Assembly: GCF_001194135.2 (NCBI RefSeq)
Contig: NC_068984.1
Location: forward strand, 31,470,879-31,534,878
DNA from: Octopus bimaculoides
Lineage: Eukaryota
Length of the DNA stretch: 64,000 nucleotides
Reading direction: 5' to 3'
The notes under the pieces are model-generated. The model ran no database searches, was not told the DNA's origin, and worked only from the letters and a program-made list of their open reading frames with translations. Shown here piece after piece: positions 1-12,374 of the stretch. The position numbers and the translations under genes are program-made. Numbering within the stretch: position 1 is the stretch's first letter; each line of letters starts with the position of its first letter.

Positions 1-36
<36 letters not shown>
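1..36. repeat. (TA)n microsatellite
   Basis: Perfect TA run at window start. Confidence 0.98.
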
Positions 37-40
<4 letters not shown>

Positions 41-1785
41 TGAAAAGAACAGGTATCTTTTTGGTGAGGAGAAGCACTGTTGCCTGAGCTGGAAGGCACA
101 AGAAGGTGAATGCAGTGAATGGTGAATATATGTGAACGAGTGATCAATGATGAAAATCAGTTTGATGAAATAAAGCAAAAGAGATAATGGGTTAGAGAGG
201 AAGAAGAATTGATATGTATCAGTACAAAAAAGGTTTAGGTGGAGATTAGCATCGTAATAAAATGATAGGTAGAGGAGAAACAGAGAAGATCCTGGACTAG
301 GTGCTGTACTGTGTCCTTCAGAAATGTAGATCATTTGAAGATGCTCCAGTCTGTTCAGGGGAAAATGTGTACTAGTCTATTGCTAGTGCATCTTCCCCAG
401 TATTCAGTGGTCTCAGCCTCAATGTCCAATTGCGTTATAATAAGGAGAACTGAGTGAGGTTCTATGTATTCATGCACTTATATAGGAACTTAAGACAATT
501 AGCGAAAATTTACTACCAGCTACCAGATTATAACTGCTTCTGAATGATGGTTAGGCTTGCTTATGATTTTTGTCAAGAAAGCCATGACAGAAAATTTTGG
601 AATTTATGTTAATAATTAATTGAATATAGAATTCATTTTGAAGTAGTCAATAAGTTTGGTAACAATTTCAGATATGTTAGTGTAATAACATCTCATTAGC
701 AAAGCATTGTCTTACCAATATTGCCAAAGCTTCAAATGATAAGAATCAAAATGATTGAGAAATTTTACTTGACTTACATAGCAAGTAAATCTGCTTTGTC
801 TATACACATTTAAATGATATATTTATTAACATGAGGAACCAGTTTCTAATCCTATGTTTATTTACACATTTATTCATTGATATCAAATAATATTGAATAC
901 AAAAGCAACAAAATAATTCAAGCCTCATACATTACACATAAAAAACAGAAAAAACAAAAGATATGAAAATATTTTGTATCAACTATTAGAGATGAAATAG
1001 ATCTTAGTGTAATAATTGCATAGAGATAATACATTTAAGAGGATATGATATAATAATCCTATATATTATTTTTTATAGCTTACTAAAATACATAAAATAA
1101 TGAAATTTATTTAAATTAAATAAAATAATATTTGATTATGATGAACATCAAAAGGATTTTAATGTTACAAAACACACACACACACACACACACACAGAAA
1201 AAGGGGGAAAGAGAGATGTGTACATATATATGTGCCTATGTGTGTATCTTTAACATCGTTAAATAGCATTTTGATACATATTTTCCATTCTCACTCACTC
1301 TAATATTGTCAGTCATCTGTCGGTCTGCTTTTTTTGTCATAAACTGCTTGTCTACAGTATATTAACATGCATATGTCAGGCTTAGAGTTGTCCTCCTCCC
1401 CACCCATGCTGCTAGTGGCCTCCACCTCTTCTGGTCATTTCATCATGCAGTGACCATATTATTGAGACACATTTGTTCTTCTCTTTGTTTTCTGTTCTCT
1501 TCATCTATTCTTTCTCTAAAAGTGTGTATACTTGAAATATAAAAGACTTTTCTTTCTATTTTACCTAGGTATAAACGTAATACAATCTATTTGATTTTAC
1601 TCCATCTTCATGTTATTTAAAATTTTGCCATATACATGAGTGTGTGTATGTGTGTGTGTGTGTTCGGTGTCATCGTATTTGCTTTTCATGATAGCATGAA
1701 TTAGGCAAACATATCTTTAAGGCATTGTTTTGCCACAAGATGCACATGTGGACAACTTTCACATTTACAAGCAAAGAACAGTTTC

Positions 1786-2460
1786 TTCCCTAACCCAACC
1801 TCTCAACCCGGCTCGTTCCCCTGCTCCCGCCTACGCTGCTGCACTTGCCTTTACCTCTCCAACACCACCATCCTCACAGGCACCCATCATCGACCCTATC
1901 ATATCACTGATTCCTTCACCTGCACTTCTAGTAACGTCATCTACTGCGTCTCTTGCTCTCTCTGTCCTTCTCTCTACATCGGTCAAACAGGACACCGCTT
2001 GGCTAACCGGTTCGTGGAACACCTCCAAGACATCAGACTCGGCAACGACAACCCTGTCTCGCGCCATTTTCGCTCTACCAGTCATTCTTTACAGCACCTG
2101 TCTGTGTTCAGATTGTCTTTGCACAGGGGCCATCCAGACTCCCGTCTTCGCTGTGAACAGGAATTAATCTTCTCTCTTCGCTCCTTCGTGTCACATGGGC
2201 TCAAATCTCCTCCTCTCTTCATCTAACCCTCCCTCCTCTCACCTTTCTTCCTCTCAAACCTATTCCCTCCCTTCAATCCCACCCACCTCTCCTCTCTTGC
2301 TCTGACACCTACTTCCTCTCTTCACTCCTACCCATCTTCTCCTTTCAACCCTCTCTATTCAACGTCTCCCCCTCCATCGTTACCCCTACACATTCCCACC
2401 CGACCATCCCTATACATCTCATCCCACACATTTCACTCCCACATACATCACCCCACACGG
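1786..2460 (+). mobile_element. 5'-truncated Penelope-like element (Neptune-type): Cys-knuckle + GIY-YIG endonuclease, then pyrimidine-rich 3' region
   Basis: Frame 1 reads PGSFPCSRLRCCTCLYL...FTCTSSNVIYCVSCSLCPSLYIGQTGHRLANRFVEHLQDIR...VSRHF...EQELIFSL..., stop at 2224-2226. The VIY..C..C...YIGQT..L..RF.EH pattern is the PLE GIY-YIG domain; the preceding PC..RC.TC knuckle is typical of Neptune-type PLEs. C/T-rich tract 2227-2460 runs into a gap. Confidence 0.9.
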
Positions 2461-3540
2461 TGCGCGCGCGCGTGTGTGTGTGTATATNNNNNNNNNNNNN
2501 NNNNNNNNNNNNNNNNNNNNNNNNNNNNNNNNNNNNNNNNNNNNNNNNNNNNNNNNNNNNNNNNNNNNNNNNNNNNNNNNNNNNNNNNNNNNNNNNNNNN
2601 NNNNNNNNNNNNNNNNNNNNNNNNNNNNNNNNNNNNNNNNNNNNNNNNNNNNNNNNNNNNNNNNNNNNNNNNNNNNNNNNNNNNNNNNNNNNNNNNNNNN
2701 NNNNNNNNNNNNNNNNNNNNNNNNNNNNNNNNNNNNNNNNNNNNNNNNNNNNNNNNNNNNNNNNNNNNNNNNNNNNNNNNNNNNNNNNNNNNNNNNNNNN
2801 NNNNNNNNNNNNNNNNNNNNNNNNNNNNNNNNNNNNNNNNNNNNNNNNNNNNNNNNNNNNNNNNNNNNNNNNNNNNNNNNNNNNNNNNNNNNNNNNNNNN
2901 NNNNNNNNNNNNNNNNNNNNNNNNNNNNNNNNNNNNNNNNNNNNNNNNNNNNNNNNNNNNNNNNNNNNNNNNNNNNNNNNNNNNNNNNNNNNNNNNNNNN
3001 NNNNNNNNNNNNNNNNNNNNNNNNNNNNNNNNNNNNNNNNNNNNNNNNNNNNNNNNNNNNNNNNNNNNNNNNNNNNNNNNNNNNNNNNNNNNNNNNNNNN
3101 NNNNNNNNNNNNNNNNNNNNNNNNNNNNNNNNNNNNNNNNNNNNNNNNNNNNNNNNNNNNNNNNNNNNNNNNNNNNNNNNNNNNNNNNNGACCTTAAAAT
3201 TTCAAACAAATTTATTTTAATATGGAGTAGGACCAGCTTTGGCAGCAATTACAACTTGAATTCTATGAGGTATGGACTCATATAAAGTTTGAATTGTTTG
3301 CAAAGGAATTTTCGTTCATTCTTCAGCTAAAATAGTCTCCAGTTCTTGTATTAATGATGGTGGAGGATACTGACACCTTACTTGTTTTTTCTAAAATGCA
3401 CAATAAATGTTCAATAATATTGAGATCTGTGGACTGTGGTGGCTAGATAAGATGTTCAACTTCACTAGAATGTTCCTCATGCCATTCAATAACAACTTTA
3501 GCTGAAAGATGCACTTCTTGACATAAATAACTCTGAATTG

Positions 3541-3824
3541 TGCCAGAGGACCTATATTGTATATGAGATCATCTGTGGTAAATGTGGTGCATCCTACAAA
3601 GGAAGTACGACAAGAAAACTGCATATATGCATTAAGGAACACATGCAGGCAGACACTTCCATGAGGAAACACGGAAATGCCTGACCCAGGAATTCACAGG
3701 GCACATCAAGGCAACACAGTGGAACAGGGGTAACCTTAGAATCTCTGAGGCCATCCTCATACAAGAAAAGAAACCCAAGATCAACAACAGAAGAGAGTTA
3801 CAGGAAGCTAGCTGGTTGCTATAG
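3541..3824 (+). mobile_element. Second, unrelated Penelope-like GIY-YIG endonuclease fragment (frameshifted)
   Basis: CQRTYIVYEIICGKCGASYKGSTTRKLHICIKEH, then after a frameshift near 3670 GHIKATQWNRGNLRISEAILIQEKKPKINNRRELQEASWLL* (L.I.EA..I....P.IN C-terminal motif). Confidence 0.8.
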
Positions 3825-4023
3825 CAACACCTTTCCATGCATGTCCAGTCCGCACACGCTCAGACATACATACATTGGCAACATTCATCTATTTCTTGAA
3901 AATTGGGTCATAACTCCTAAATATTGAATACAAGGTAGGTTTACATTAATTCACATATTTGTTTTCTTGCTATATACCTTGCATTTACTTCGCATTGTTC
4001 TGGCTTTACCCATGATCCTTTAT

Positions 4024-4078
<55 letters not shown>

Positions 4079-4964
4079 ATACATATATATACATATAAGT
4101 ATGTATGTATCTGCATACAACAATGCCTTCATTTTATAATAGAGTATATTTTTATAGATATAGTGATATATGATCATAATATCTTTTATTACAAGATTTA
4201 GGAAGCTTGTGAAGTAATACGTTTTATTTCCTGAAGATTTTCACTTTGAGAGAGTAAAAAGAGATTATTCTTAATGAGATTATGATGTAAACAATGCATA
4301 CTAGCCCTTTGGCAGAAACATAAAATGAACGTGGATAATATTATTTTACAATAGAAACTAATTATAAAAGATTTATCTAAAGATTTCAGAAATCTAATAT
4401 TTAATAAATATAAATTCTTGAAGTATATTAAAAGGAATCTGACAATTCTTCAATGTCTTAAAGGCTTTAGAAAATATCTACAATAAAGTTGTATTAATGC
4501 TATTTAGATAAGGTAAGAGTCAATATGGGATTTTCATGAATTTTATTGGAAAAATAAATTCAATGTAAAAAGAGATTTTTTTTATGTGCTTGAAAATAAT
4601 TTAGTATAGATTAGTTAATAGTTGCATTGCCCCATCATGGAACTGTATATGATACATGCTGGAAAAGTAAATGACAGCCTTATTTAAATACAGAGTGATG
4701 AGAGAAAAGAAGCTCAAAAATGTAAACTGTAAATTAGGAACTGAATCACTGAATATGACAATCACAAAAACATTAATAAATGAAGTCTCTAACTAAACAA
4801 AGAAAATGTAAAATGTTGATCAAAACCTAAAGTTACTCAAGATACATAAGTGCAATAACTCTAGATCTTAGTCAAAATGGGTTAACAACTTCAAAATTCG
4901 AAATATGCAATGGTAGATGGGTGATGAGATAAAGCTAATCTTTGGCAAATAGTTTCAGTTTTGC

Positions 4965-5230
4965 TTCAGTCTCTGCTACTGCTGCCATTATGGTCACTAC
5001 TACTCTACTGCTACGACCAACAGTCACTGCTACTACTGATATTACGGTCACTATTACTACTACTACTACTACTACCAACAGTCTCTACTACTGCTGCTAA
5101 TACGGTCACTACTACTACTGCTGCTGCTTCCTCCTCTACTACTACAACCAATTAACTACTCCTTCTTCCACTGACGACGGTCACTCCTGTTTACCACTAC
5201 CAACACGGTCACTACTACTACTACAGCCAA
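4965..5230. repeat. (ACT/GCT)n array punctuated by a recurring (A)CGGTCACT / CAGTCWCT anchor
   Basis: About 8 anchor copies (near 4967, 4991, 5020, 5044, 5079, 5102, 5177, 5205) separated by triplet runs. Confidence 0.85.
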
Positions 5231-6123
5231 CAATTCAAGTCAACGCACAAGACAGCCATTATGTCCCCACACAAAAACAAAACGCTCCCACGTGGACTCT
5301 GTTGACACTAGTAAGAAACAATTATGAACTTCTTTTTTAATTACATTTAAAAAAAAATGTATTTTTGATAAGGTTCGTTTTTTCAAGAACCGAAACATGT
5401 TAAATATCTCTGAGAAAATTTTTAAAAAAAATTATTTTATATAGTGGCGTTTTCAAACTTCTTTTTAATAAATATGTACCCACTCGTATACCATCTACAC
5501 TTTTTATAAATATATATATTTATAAATATATATATTTATATANNNNNNNNNNNNNNNNNNNNNNNNNNNNNNNNNNNNNNNNNNNNNNNNNNNNNNNNNN
5601 NNNNNNNNNNNNNNNNNNNNNNNNNNNNNNNNNNNNNNNNNNNNNNNNNNNNNNNNNNNNNNNNNTATATATATATATATATATATGTAAAATAGTACAA
5701 TATAAGAGTATTGTTTTCCAGTAAAATAAAGCACCATACTCTTGTATTGCACTGGTAGAACTAATCAAGGTTTTTCTTTGAAAACTTTTTCACTGTTCTT
5801 GCTTCTGTTAGCAGCTATGCATTCGTGTATTTATGTGGCAACATTTGAAATTATGTTCTGGTAAATCTAGCTGAAGAGAACTAATCAAGTTTATGCTAAC
5901 AAACGTATCTTGAAGAGTTTGAAACCTAGATCCTAGATTATCCACAGCGGGGTTGGACATTTATCTGATGTTCTTCATACAGATAAGATGAAATTTCTTA
6001 TGTTCACTGCCCACGCATGTCATTGCCAGTATATGCTGTGAAGCTTTATTATAGCATCGTATTCACTGCTGTTTCCAGTAAATATTGGTGCATTGTTGTA
6101 CTCCCATTCTATATTTATGTGTA

Positions 6124-6163
<40 letters not shown>

Positions 6164-6239
6164 TGTGTGTGTGTGTATATATATTGTATATAATATAAGT
6201 GGAAGTGCAGTTGTGGGGCAAGAAGTTCTCTCCTCAATC

Positions 6240-6310
6240 ACATGGTTCTGGGTTCAGTTACACTGTGTGGAAACTTGAGTAGTGTCTTCTGCCTCAGGCC
6301 ATCTAAAGCT
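6240..6310 (+). mobile_element. SINE family A, head fragment
   Basis: catggttctgggttcagttacactgtgtggaaacttgagtagtgtcttct resembles 59240-59290. Confidence 0.6.
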
Positions 6311-6359
6311 GACAGAAAGCACTTTAAGTGGTGTGTGCTAACAATTCTGCCAGTTTACT

Positions 6360-6465
6360 GTCTTGCTGCTGCTGTTGTTGCAGCTGCTACTGCTACTAAT
6401 ACCACCACCACCACTACTACTAATAATAACAACAACAACAACAACAATAATAATAGTAATGATTC
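6360..6465. repeat. Compound trinucleotide array (GCT/ACC/AAC/AAT)
   Basis: Direct reading. Confidence 0.95.
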
Positions 6466-6467
6466 AG

Positions 6468-6720
6468 GAACCTTTTGAGCAGGATAGGCTACTCAACCTG
6501 AAGAAAATTCTAACTGGGCCCTACTTGCAAGTCATGCACTGTTTATCTTGATATCAGATCACTATGTCATGCATGGTTGTGATACATGTGCCTGGTGTAC
6601 CCTTATCAGACGGGTAGTCATGAGGGGTGTAGTGGGCTCCGTATATTTTACCCCAGTGTCACTTTGATGGCATGCACTGCTCTCTCACTCAGTAATAATA
6701 ATGATGATAATAATAATAAT
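6468..6720 (+). mobile_element. Retroelement 3' end (family F) ending in (AAT)n
   Basis: 6488-6521 gctactcaacctgaagaaaattctaactgggccc recurs almost exactly at 63960-63994; ends in an AAT tail. Confidence 0.7.
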
Positions 6721-6934
6721 GGTTTCAGATTTTGGTGCAAGGCCACCAAGTTCAAGGGAGGAGATAAGTTGATTACATCAACCTTAGTGTTGAATTGGTA
6801 CTTATTTTATCAACTCTGAAAGGATGAAGGGTAAAGTTGACGTCGGTGGAATTTGAACGCAGGATGTAAAGACAGACAAAATGCTGCTTAGTTTTTTGTC
6901 CAGTGCAGGAACAATTCTGTTAACTCCCCACCTT
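6721..6934 (-). mobile_element. SINE family C (tRNA-like head AAGGYGGYGAGCTGGCAGAA, B-box GAGTTCAAATTCC)
   Basis: Aligns with copies at 26103, 35874, 39003, 39220 and 63750. Confidence 0.85.
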
Positions 6935-8214
6935 AATAATAAAAGGCATAATGATGATGTTAATAACAACAACAATAATATTATATTTATATCCCAAAAG
7001 AACATAAACAATACATTGAAAAATAGAATCCAAGATGAAACGAGAGAATGATACTCACAAAACAATGGGGCTAATTGAATATATGTCATTTACTGAAAAC
7101 CTATCAAGGAGAATTGCTTTCATGGGACAAATGAAAATTGCTAAAGATTATTACTACATCATTACTACCCTTTTGAAAAACATTCTGCAGTTTAATGGCC
7201 AAAGAAACAAAACTCTTGTGAGGATTATACTTCTGGATTTAATATTTGCATGCAAATTTTCATTTCTTTTTATTCATAAATATTTTTCATATATTTTCAC
7301 TATTTCCCTTTTTTTGTTTTATTTGTTGATTAGATGGATGGGAAATTGTCATTTTGAGCTTTTTTCTTCACTTCCACTCCAGCATACATAAACATATACT
7401 GATGTCTCCAGAATTATTTTAAAAATTCAAAGCATGTTTAAGTATAAGGGAAAAATGTTATTATTTTCATTGTATAAATCTATTGATGATTTATTTATAC
7501 TAAGTTTGAAAACAATAAAAGTGCAACTTCATTATTTTAATAAAATAACAATTTCCGTATTAGTTTGCTCAACTGAACTTAAAGTATATAGATGCTCTGT
7601 CCTTTTTTATTATTTTATTTTAGATACTTAAAAATATTTGTTTTTTTGAATATACAAGTAAGTGTTCTGTCATTAAATATTCTTTCACTAGATATTTTAA
7701 TACATATTCAAGTGTGCAAATTCGATTTATTTTGATTTTGTTTTTCATAACTCTAGTATCTATGAAGTAAGCACATGTAGCATATTGTAGCAAATGTTCC
7801 ACTCAACACACAAACCCATGAAAGGATCCCTTTTATATAGAACTGAATGATATTCATTGTCTTTTTTAATCCTGATAAAAAAATTGAGTAAATTATTTCA
7901 GTTAAACTTCAAAATTTAATTTTAAATTATAAATTTTTCATTTGGAGTTATTGTTCAGCTTGTATCTTCTGCCTGATAAACACTAATAACGTTACTTGTT
8001 CAACAGTGTTTTGGTAAATAATTTTAAGCATTTCTGCTTCATTTCAGTCAATTTGGTGAATTCATTATGCTACAAGTGTTTGTATTATTATACATTTGAA
8101 GTTAACCCATTTAAACTGTTATTAATTAAATCATTAATTAAATTTTGTTTTCCATTTTGGTTCTTTTTGGAAAAATGGAAAGATATAAATGACCATTAAC
8201 CACAAAATGTCCAA

Positions 8215-8420
8215 AAAGAGAAACTGTTCGCAGTGGTTTGATCACTTTAGAAATAGCAACCAAATCTTCTTCAAATAACATCCTACTGCCTTAAAAGGGA
8301 GAAGGACACATTTTGATTTTGGATCATTCTGTTCGAAAAAGAAAAAAAAAAGGGAAAATAGAAACAAAAGAAATGTGAGATGCTTTCGAAAGTCTTTGAT
8401 CATAGGTCTGCTTAAAGGCA
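8215..8420 (+). mobile_element. Dispersed repeat family E (SINE-like tail, tagaaatagcaRccaaat core)
   Basis: Related degenerate copies at ~11640-11790 (-), ~15505-15690 (+) and ~33860-34070 (+). Confidence 0.55.
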
Positions 8421-8864
8421 CTTAGCCCATTTAAGCCAACTTTATTTTAAATGGATATAAAACTGTGCTTACTAGTATTTTGCATGCTTGTATATTCTCT
8501 TGGCTCAGTAAGATAATGGGGATTCACAGCAGTATGTTTCCTTGAAAGAGAGTAAGACCTTTGCTTACTGTCACTAGTAGTTGCTTATATTTCAATGAAC
8601 ATAAGGAAATCTGTGTGAACCTCAAAGTAAATTCATGTATAAGCTTAATTACAGTGTTAGCTTCTGTTTATTTCATGCAGACTATTTGATTAACTACTAA
8701 TAGTTTTCAAATCCGTACTATGAATAGCATCAGTGTTTGTATCTGAATAATTATTGAATGGTGGTCTATCAAAAGATTTTTTTTTTCTGGTAAAGAAAAT
8801 GAAACCAAAATTTAAGACAATTAAGCACTTCTGTATTCCACCATATAAGTGATGCAATTCCACC

Positions 8865-9175
8865 ATAGTAGCAAATCAACACACAACAGGGGCAGACCCA
8901 AGGGGTGTGGGTTCGCATTGGGCCTGAGGAGCATGTTTCCCCGCTCCCACTTCAAGAAAAGACGTGTGCCCATCTAAGTAATGTTATTACACCCTTTTCT
9001 CCTAAAATTGTATTCCTTTCTGACCTTGTGCATTCCCTTCAAAAAATTTGTGGGACTGCACCTGCACAGGGCTTTGGTTGACCCAGGGCTATTGTAGAAA
9101 ACACTTGTTCATAGTGCCATTCTGTGGGATTGAATCCAAAACCAAGTGGTTGGTAAGCAAATTTCCTACCGCACA
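8865..9175 (-). mobile_element. SINE family A (5' half), split by a MITE
   Basis: 9065-9175 is the reverse complement of the 59200-59320 head; the consensus continues left of 8887. Confidence 0.75.
8887..9064. mobile_element. 178-bp MITE with 14-bp TIRs
   Basis: CAGGGGCAGACCCA versus reverse complement of the right end CAGGTGCAGTCCCA (2 mismatches); flanks cacaa/cacag. Confidence 0.7.
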
Positions 9176-9344
9176 TATATCAGTAAATAAATAAACACAA
9201 TGGAATCAAACCCAGAAACACATAACATCAAAGCCAACTTCTTAACCAGACTGCCATATCTATGACAATGCATATTATGCACTGATGAATTGTGACAGTT
9301 TCTGCAGATATATTACTTCAGTATAATTCAGGGTAATATGTAAA

Positions 9345-9894
9345 CATTTATTTCAAATTTTGGCACAACGTCAACAATTTCAGGGAATAGGGAAAATTGA
9401 TTACATATATGCCCCCAGTGCTCATCATCATCATCCAGTGTTTTAAATCTGAGTTTTGTCCCTGTTAATGAGACTGGCCAGATCTACCTCAATGCCATAG
9501 TAACCGAGGTAGGCAGGTGCAGCCCACCCCAAACTTTGGGTTGACTAGCTGGTGCCCATTCTCTTTTGCTATCCTGAAACTTTTTTGGAGCTGCATTTTC
9601 TAAGTGGAGCATGCCCTTGCTTACCCTCAACCTCATTTCCTAGACATTAGTGGCCCCAAGACCAAGGCCTCTGCCATGATTTTTAAGAAATGTGGTGGTA
9701 AACTAGCTCAGGAAGGCAGGACACTAGTCCCTGAGACCCCTTTGGAGCCCCCACTACCTGGTACTTATTTTATTGACCCTGAAAGGATGAAAGGTAAAGT
9801 CGACCACTGTGGAATTTGAACTCAGAATGTAAAGGACGAAATGCTTCGCAGCATTTCGTTCGGTGTGCTAATGATTTTGCCAGCTCACCACCTT
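9345..9894 (-). mobile_element. SINE family C interrupted by a 333-bp insert (9425-9757)
   Basis: Consensus ...ccccagtgctca|ctggtacttattttat... is split precisely at 9424/9758. Confidence 0.8.
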
Positions 9895-9940
9895 AGTGTA
9901 GTGTGCAAATATAGTGAAGAGGTATACAGGACAGAATTAA

Positions 9941-10147
9941 TGCTTTAGCATATCTGGCCCAAGTATTCTAGCTGTTTGATATTGAAACTGGCCAGATCCA
10001 ACTTCTCACACCTAATCTACAATGTCATTCTAAATATAAACTATCACATCTCCAAAATTTTGAAGCTACAAGATTTTATATGATTGATTTAAAAAAATGT
10101 GGATAAATAAGCATTACATTTGATAAATCAATCTGAATGCTAAAGGG
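9941..10147. mobile_element. piggyBac-like MITE (degenerate)
   Basis: Left TTAA|tgctttagcat, right atgctaaaggg|ttta: inverted ctttagcat/atgctaaag termini at TTAA-like sites. Confidence 0.55.
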
Positions 10148-10374
10148 TTTATGTGGTTTTGTGGTGTACCATCTACTTTAATTTGGTGTAGAAGCATAGC
10201 GCAAGGTGTAGCATACTGCAGTTTAGATTGATAGGGTGTAGTGTAATTGGTGATTGAAAAAGTGTTTCTAGTATTTCATATCTAGATCCTTCAGGATTCA
10301 TAACTGTAAATTATTCCCATATCCCATGTTGGAATTTACTGGTTCTTTCTTCTATTACAGAGGAGGCAGACTGT

Positions 10375-10545
10375 TACTGTAGTCATGATGGTCATGGTAG
10401 TAGTGATGTTAGCAGTAGTAGTAGTAGAGGAGGAGGAGCAGCAGCAGCAATATCAATGGCAGGGTGGTGGCTGCAGCAGTGGTGGCAATGATTTTAGTAA
10501 TAGTTTAGTGGTGGCGGTGGTGGTGATGGTTAGTAGTAATAGTGG

Positions 10546-10585
<40 letters not shown>

Positions 10586-10586
10586 C

Positions 10587-10618
<32 letters not shown>

Positions 10619-10734
10619 AGGGGGAGGAGGAGCAGCAGCAATATCAATGGCAGTAGGGTTGGCAGCAGCAGTAGTGGCAGTGATTGTAGTAATAGTTTAG
10701 TGGTGGTGTTGGTGATGGTTAGTAGTAATAGTGT

Positions 10735-10773
<39 letters not shown>

Positions 10774-10775
10774 TT
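10375..10775. repeat. GTA/GTG/GCA triplet array with a duplicated ~190-bp higher-order unit
   Basis: gaggaggagcagcagcaatatcaatggcag...gtaatagtttagtggtgg...gatggttagtagtaatagtg.tgagtag occurs twice (about 10427 and 10620). Confidence 0.9.
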
Positions 10776-11915
10776 AAAGTGGTGGAAAAGCTAATCAAAG
10801 TCATTTTCTTTATGAAAATCAACAACAGCTCTGTTCGAAGCTGTCAGTGCTGTCACAGAGTAACAAAATGTATATTTTGCAATGATGAAGGAGGTAACGA
10901 GCACTTCATAGTTTGGTAAAGATAAGAGAAACCAAAAGACAAAGAATTAAAATGTGCACATTGTAGAACGTTGAGATATTTAAAATAGGAAATATTCTCT
11001 GATATGAAACACCAAAAAGAAAATGAAATGAAAAATGAATAAATAAATAAATAAAAACAAAGAAGTGAATAAGAAAAGCAAGAGATCCGATGACAGATTG
11101 TTGAAACAACCAAAGAATACATCTTACGTGATGAAAGCTTTCATTGGAATGCTTACTGAAGCAAACTAGAAAACCTATCGGAATTGGGTGAATAAGTAAG
11201 TCCGATGACTCAGTAACGTGGTGAATGTAAAGTTTGATTTTAAAGTAGGGAAATATGTTGTTATTAGGGCAGAGTAATGGTTGAGAAATAGAAGAAGAAA
11301 CTACAGACTTTTGAGTATATTTATTAAGTACTAGTGGTGTGGAGGTAAATATAGCCAAGTGGTTAAGAAGTTTATTTTCCCCCATAAGGCCCTGTACTAT
11401 ATTTATAAACACCAAAAGGATAAAACGAAAAACTAACCTCAGTATGATCTGATTTCAGATTTAAGATACCTAGAACTAACATCTCAAAATATTCAGACAA
11501 GCCAATAACTCTGTCAATTTGCTAACTTTTGAACTGCTAACTAAAGAAACAGTCTTCAGTGTCAAAAGACTCTCAATGGTTTTACAATGAACATTATCAT
11601 GTGGCGCTGACTGGTGCTTATCACTGAGTCAGTTCTGAATCAGAAGATTTTTTACTGAAAGAAATTCCAGCTGTGACCATTCTTTTATATTTTAGTACAT
11701 TTAGGATTGTATTATCTAAATGTATCCTCTCAAGACAATAGAGTATGATTTAAAGGAAAATTGGCTGCTATATCTGATAGGTCTCTACATTTTCCATTAC
11801 AACATAGAACCGATTTTTGCTTTATCACAAACTAGCACAAATCAGGGTGGAAAATTCTTGGCTGTGTTCAATCTGCTAAGAGAGCAGCTACATCGCCCTC
11901 AAATAATATCCTAGA

Positions 11916-12200
11916 TCATCATCATCATCATCATCATCCTCATTTAATTTCCATTTTCTATCCTGGCATAGGTTGGACAGTTTGTCAGCAACTGGCAAGT
12001 CAGAAGACAGTACCAAGCTCTGCTTTCTGTTATGGCATGGTTTCTAAGGCTGGATATCCTTCTTAATGCCAGTCACTTTACAGAGTGTATAAGGTACTTT
12101 TAGTGTGTCACCAGCTACAGTGCAGTTATCAAGTAACATGCAGGACAAGAACCCTCAACGGGGGTGGGAGAATTAGTATTGAGGTATGGAAAGTTGTCAA
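11916..12200 (-). mobile_element. Repeat family B (RTE-like 3' tail ending in (ATG)n), degenerate
   Basis: (ATC)n then ggcataggttggacag...ggctggatatccttcttaatgcc; aligns with 38777-39000. Confidence 0.7.
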
Positions 12201-12374
12201 TGCATTAGAATAGTGACATGGCTACTTCAGAATCTTGTGAGCCTTTCCTTTGACATTTTAATTCCATATCTGTAGTAGTATAACCTATCAATATAGAAAG
12301 ATAGCAGCTTGCCCTAAAGAAACTCCTTTTTTTATCTTTTATATTTTACTTGTTTCAGTCATGTCACATTAGAC

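Noticed and set aside
290-470. Third Penelope GIY-YIG remnant on the minus strand
   Set aside because: Only scattered words match; it needs a profile search.
4965-5230. CRISPR-like repeat-spacer array
   Set aside because: Eukaryotic context, low-complexity spacers, no cas genes.
6020-6110. Cadherin-like NNAPIF motif on the minus strand (EWEYNNAPIFTGNSSEY)
   Set aside because: Short match, bounded by a stop and a microsatellite, no other cadherin-repeat motifs; protocadherin exons are long.
7035-7391. 118-aa ORF and similar AT-rich ORFs (10906-11415, 46479-46844, 51107-51412)
   Set aside because: Composition is F/I/L/Y-biased as expected for random AT-rich DNA, with no domain motifs; only the short splice-bounded part of 46479-46844 is retained.
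11125-11165. Other short AG...GT windows (also ~21450-21482 minus, 40240 plus, 44882 plus)
   Set aside because: One splice site is weak in each case, and such matches are expected by chance in 64 kb.
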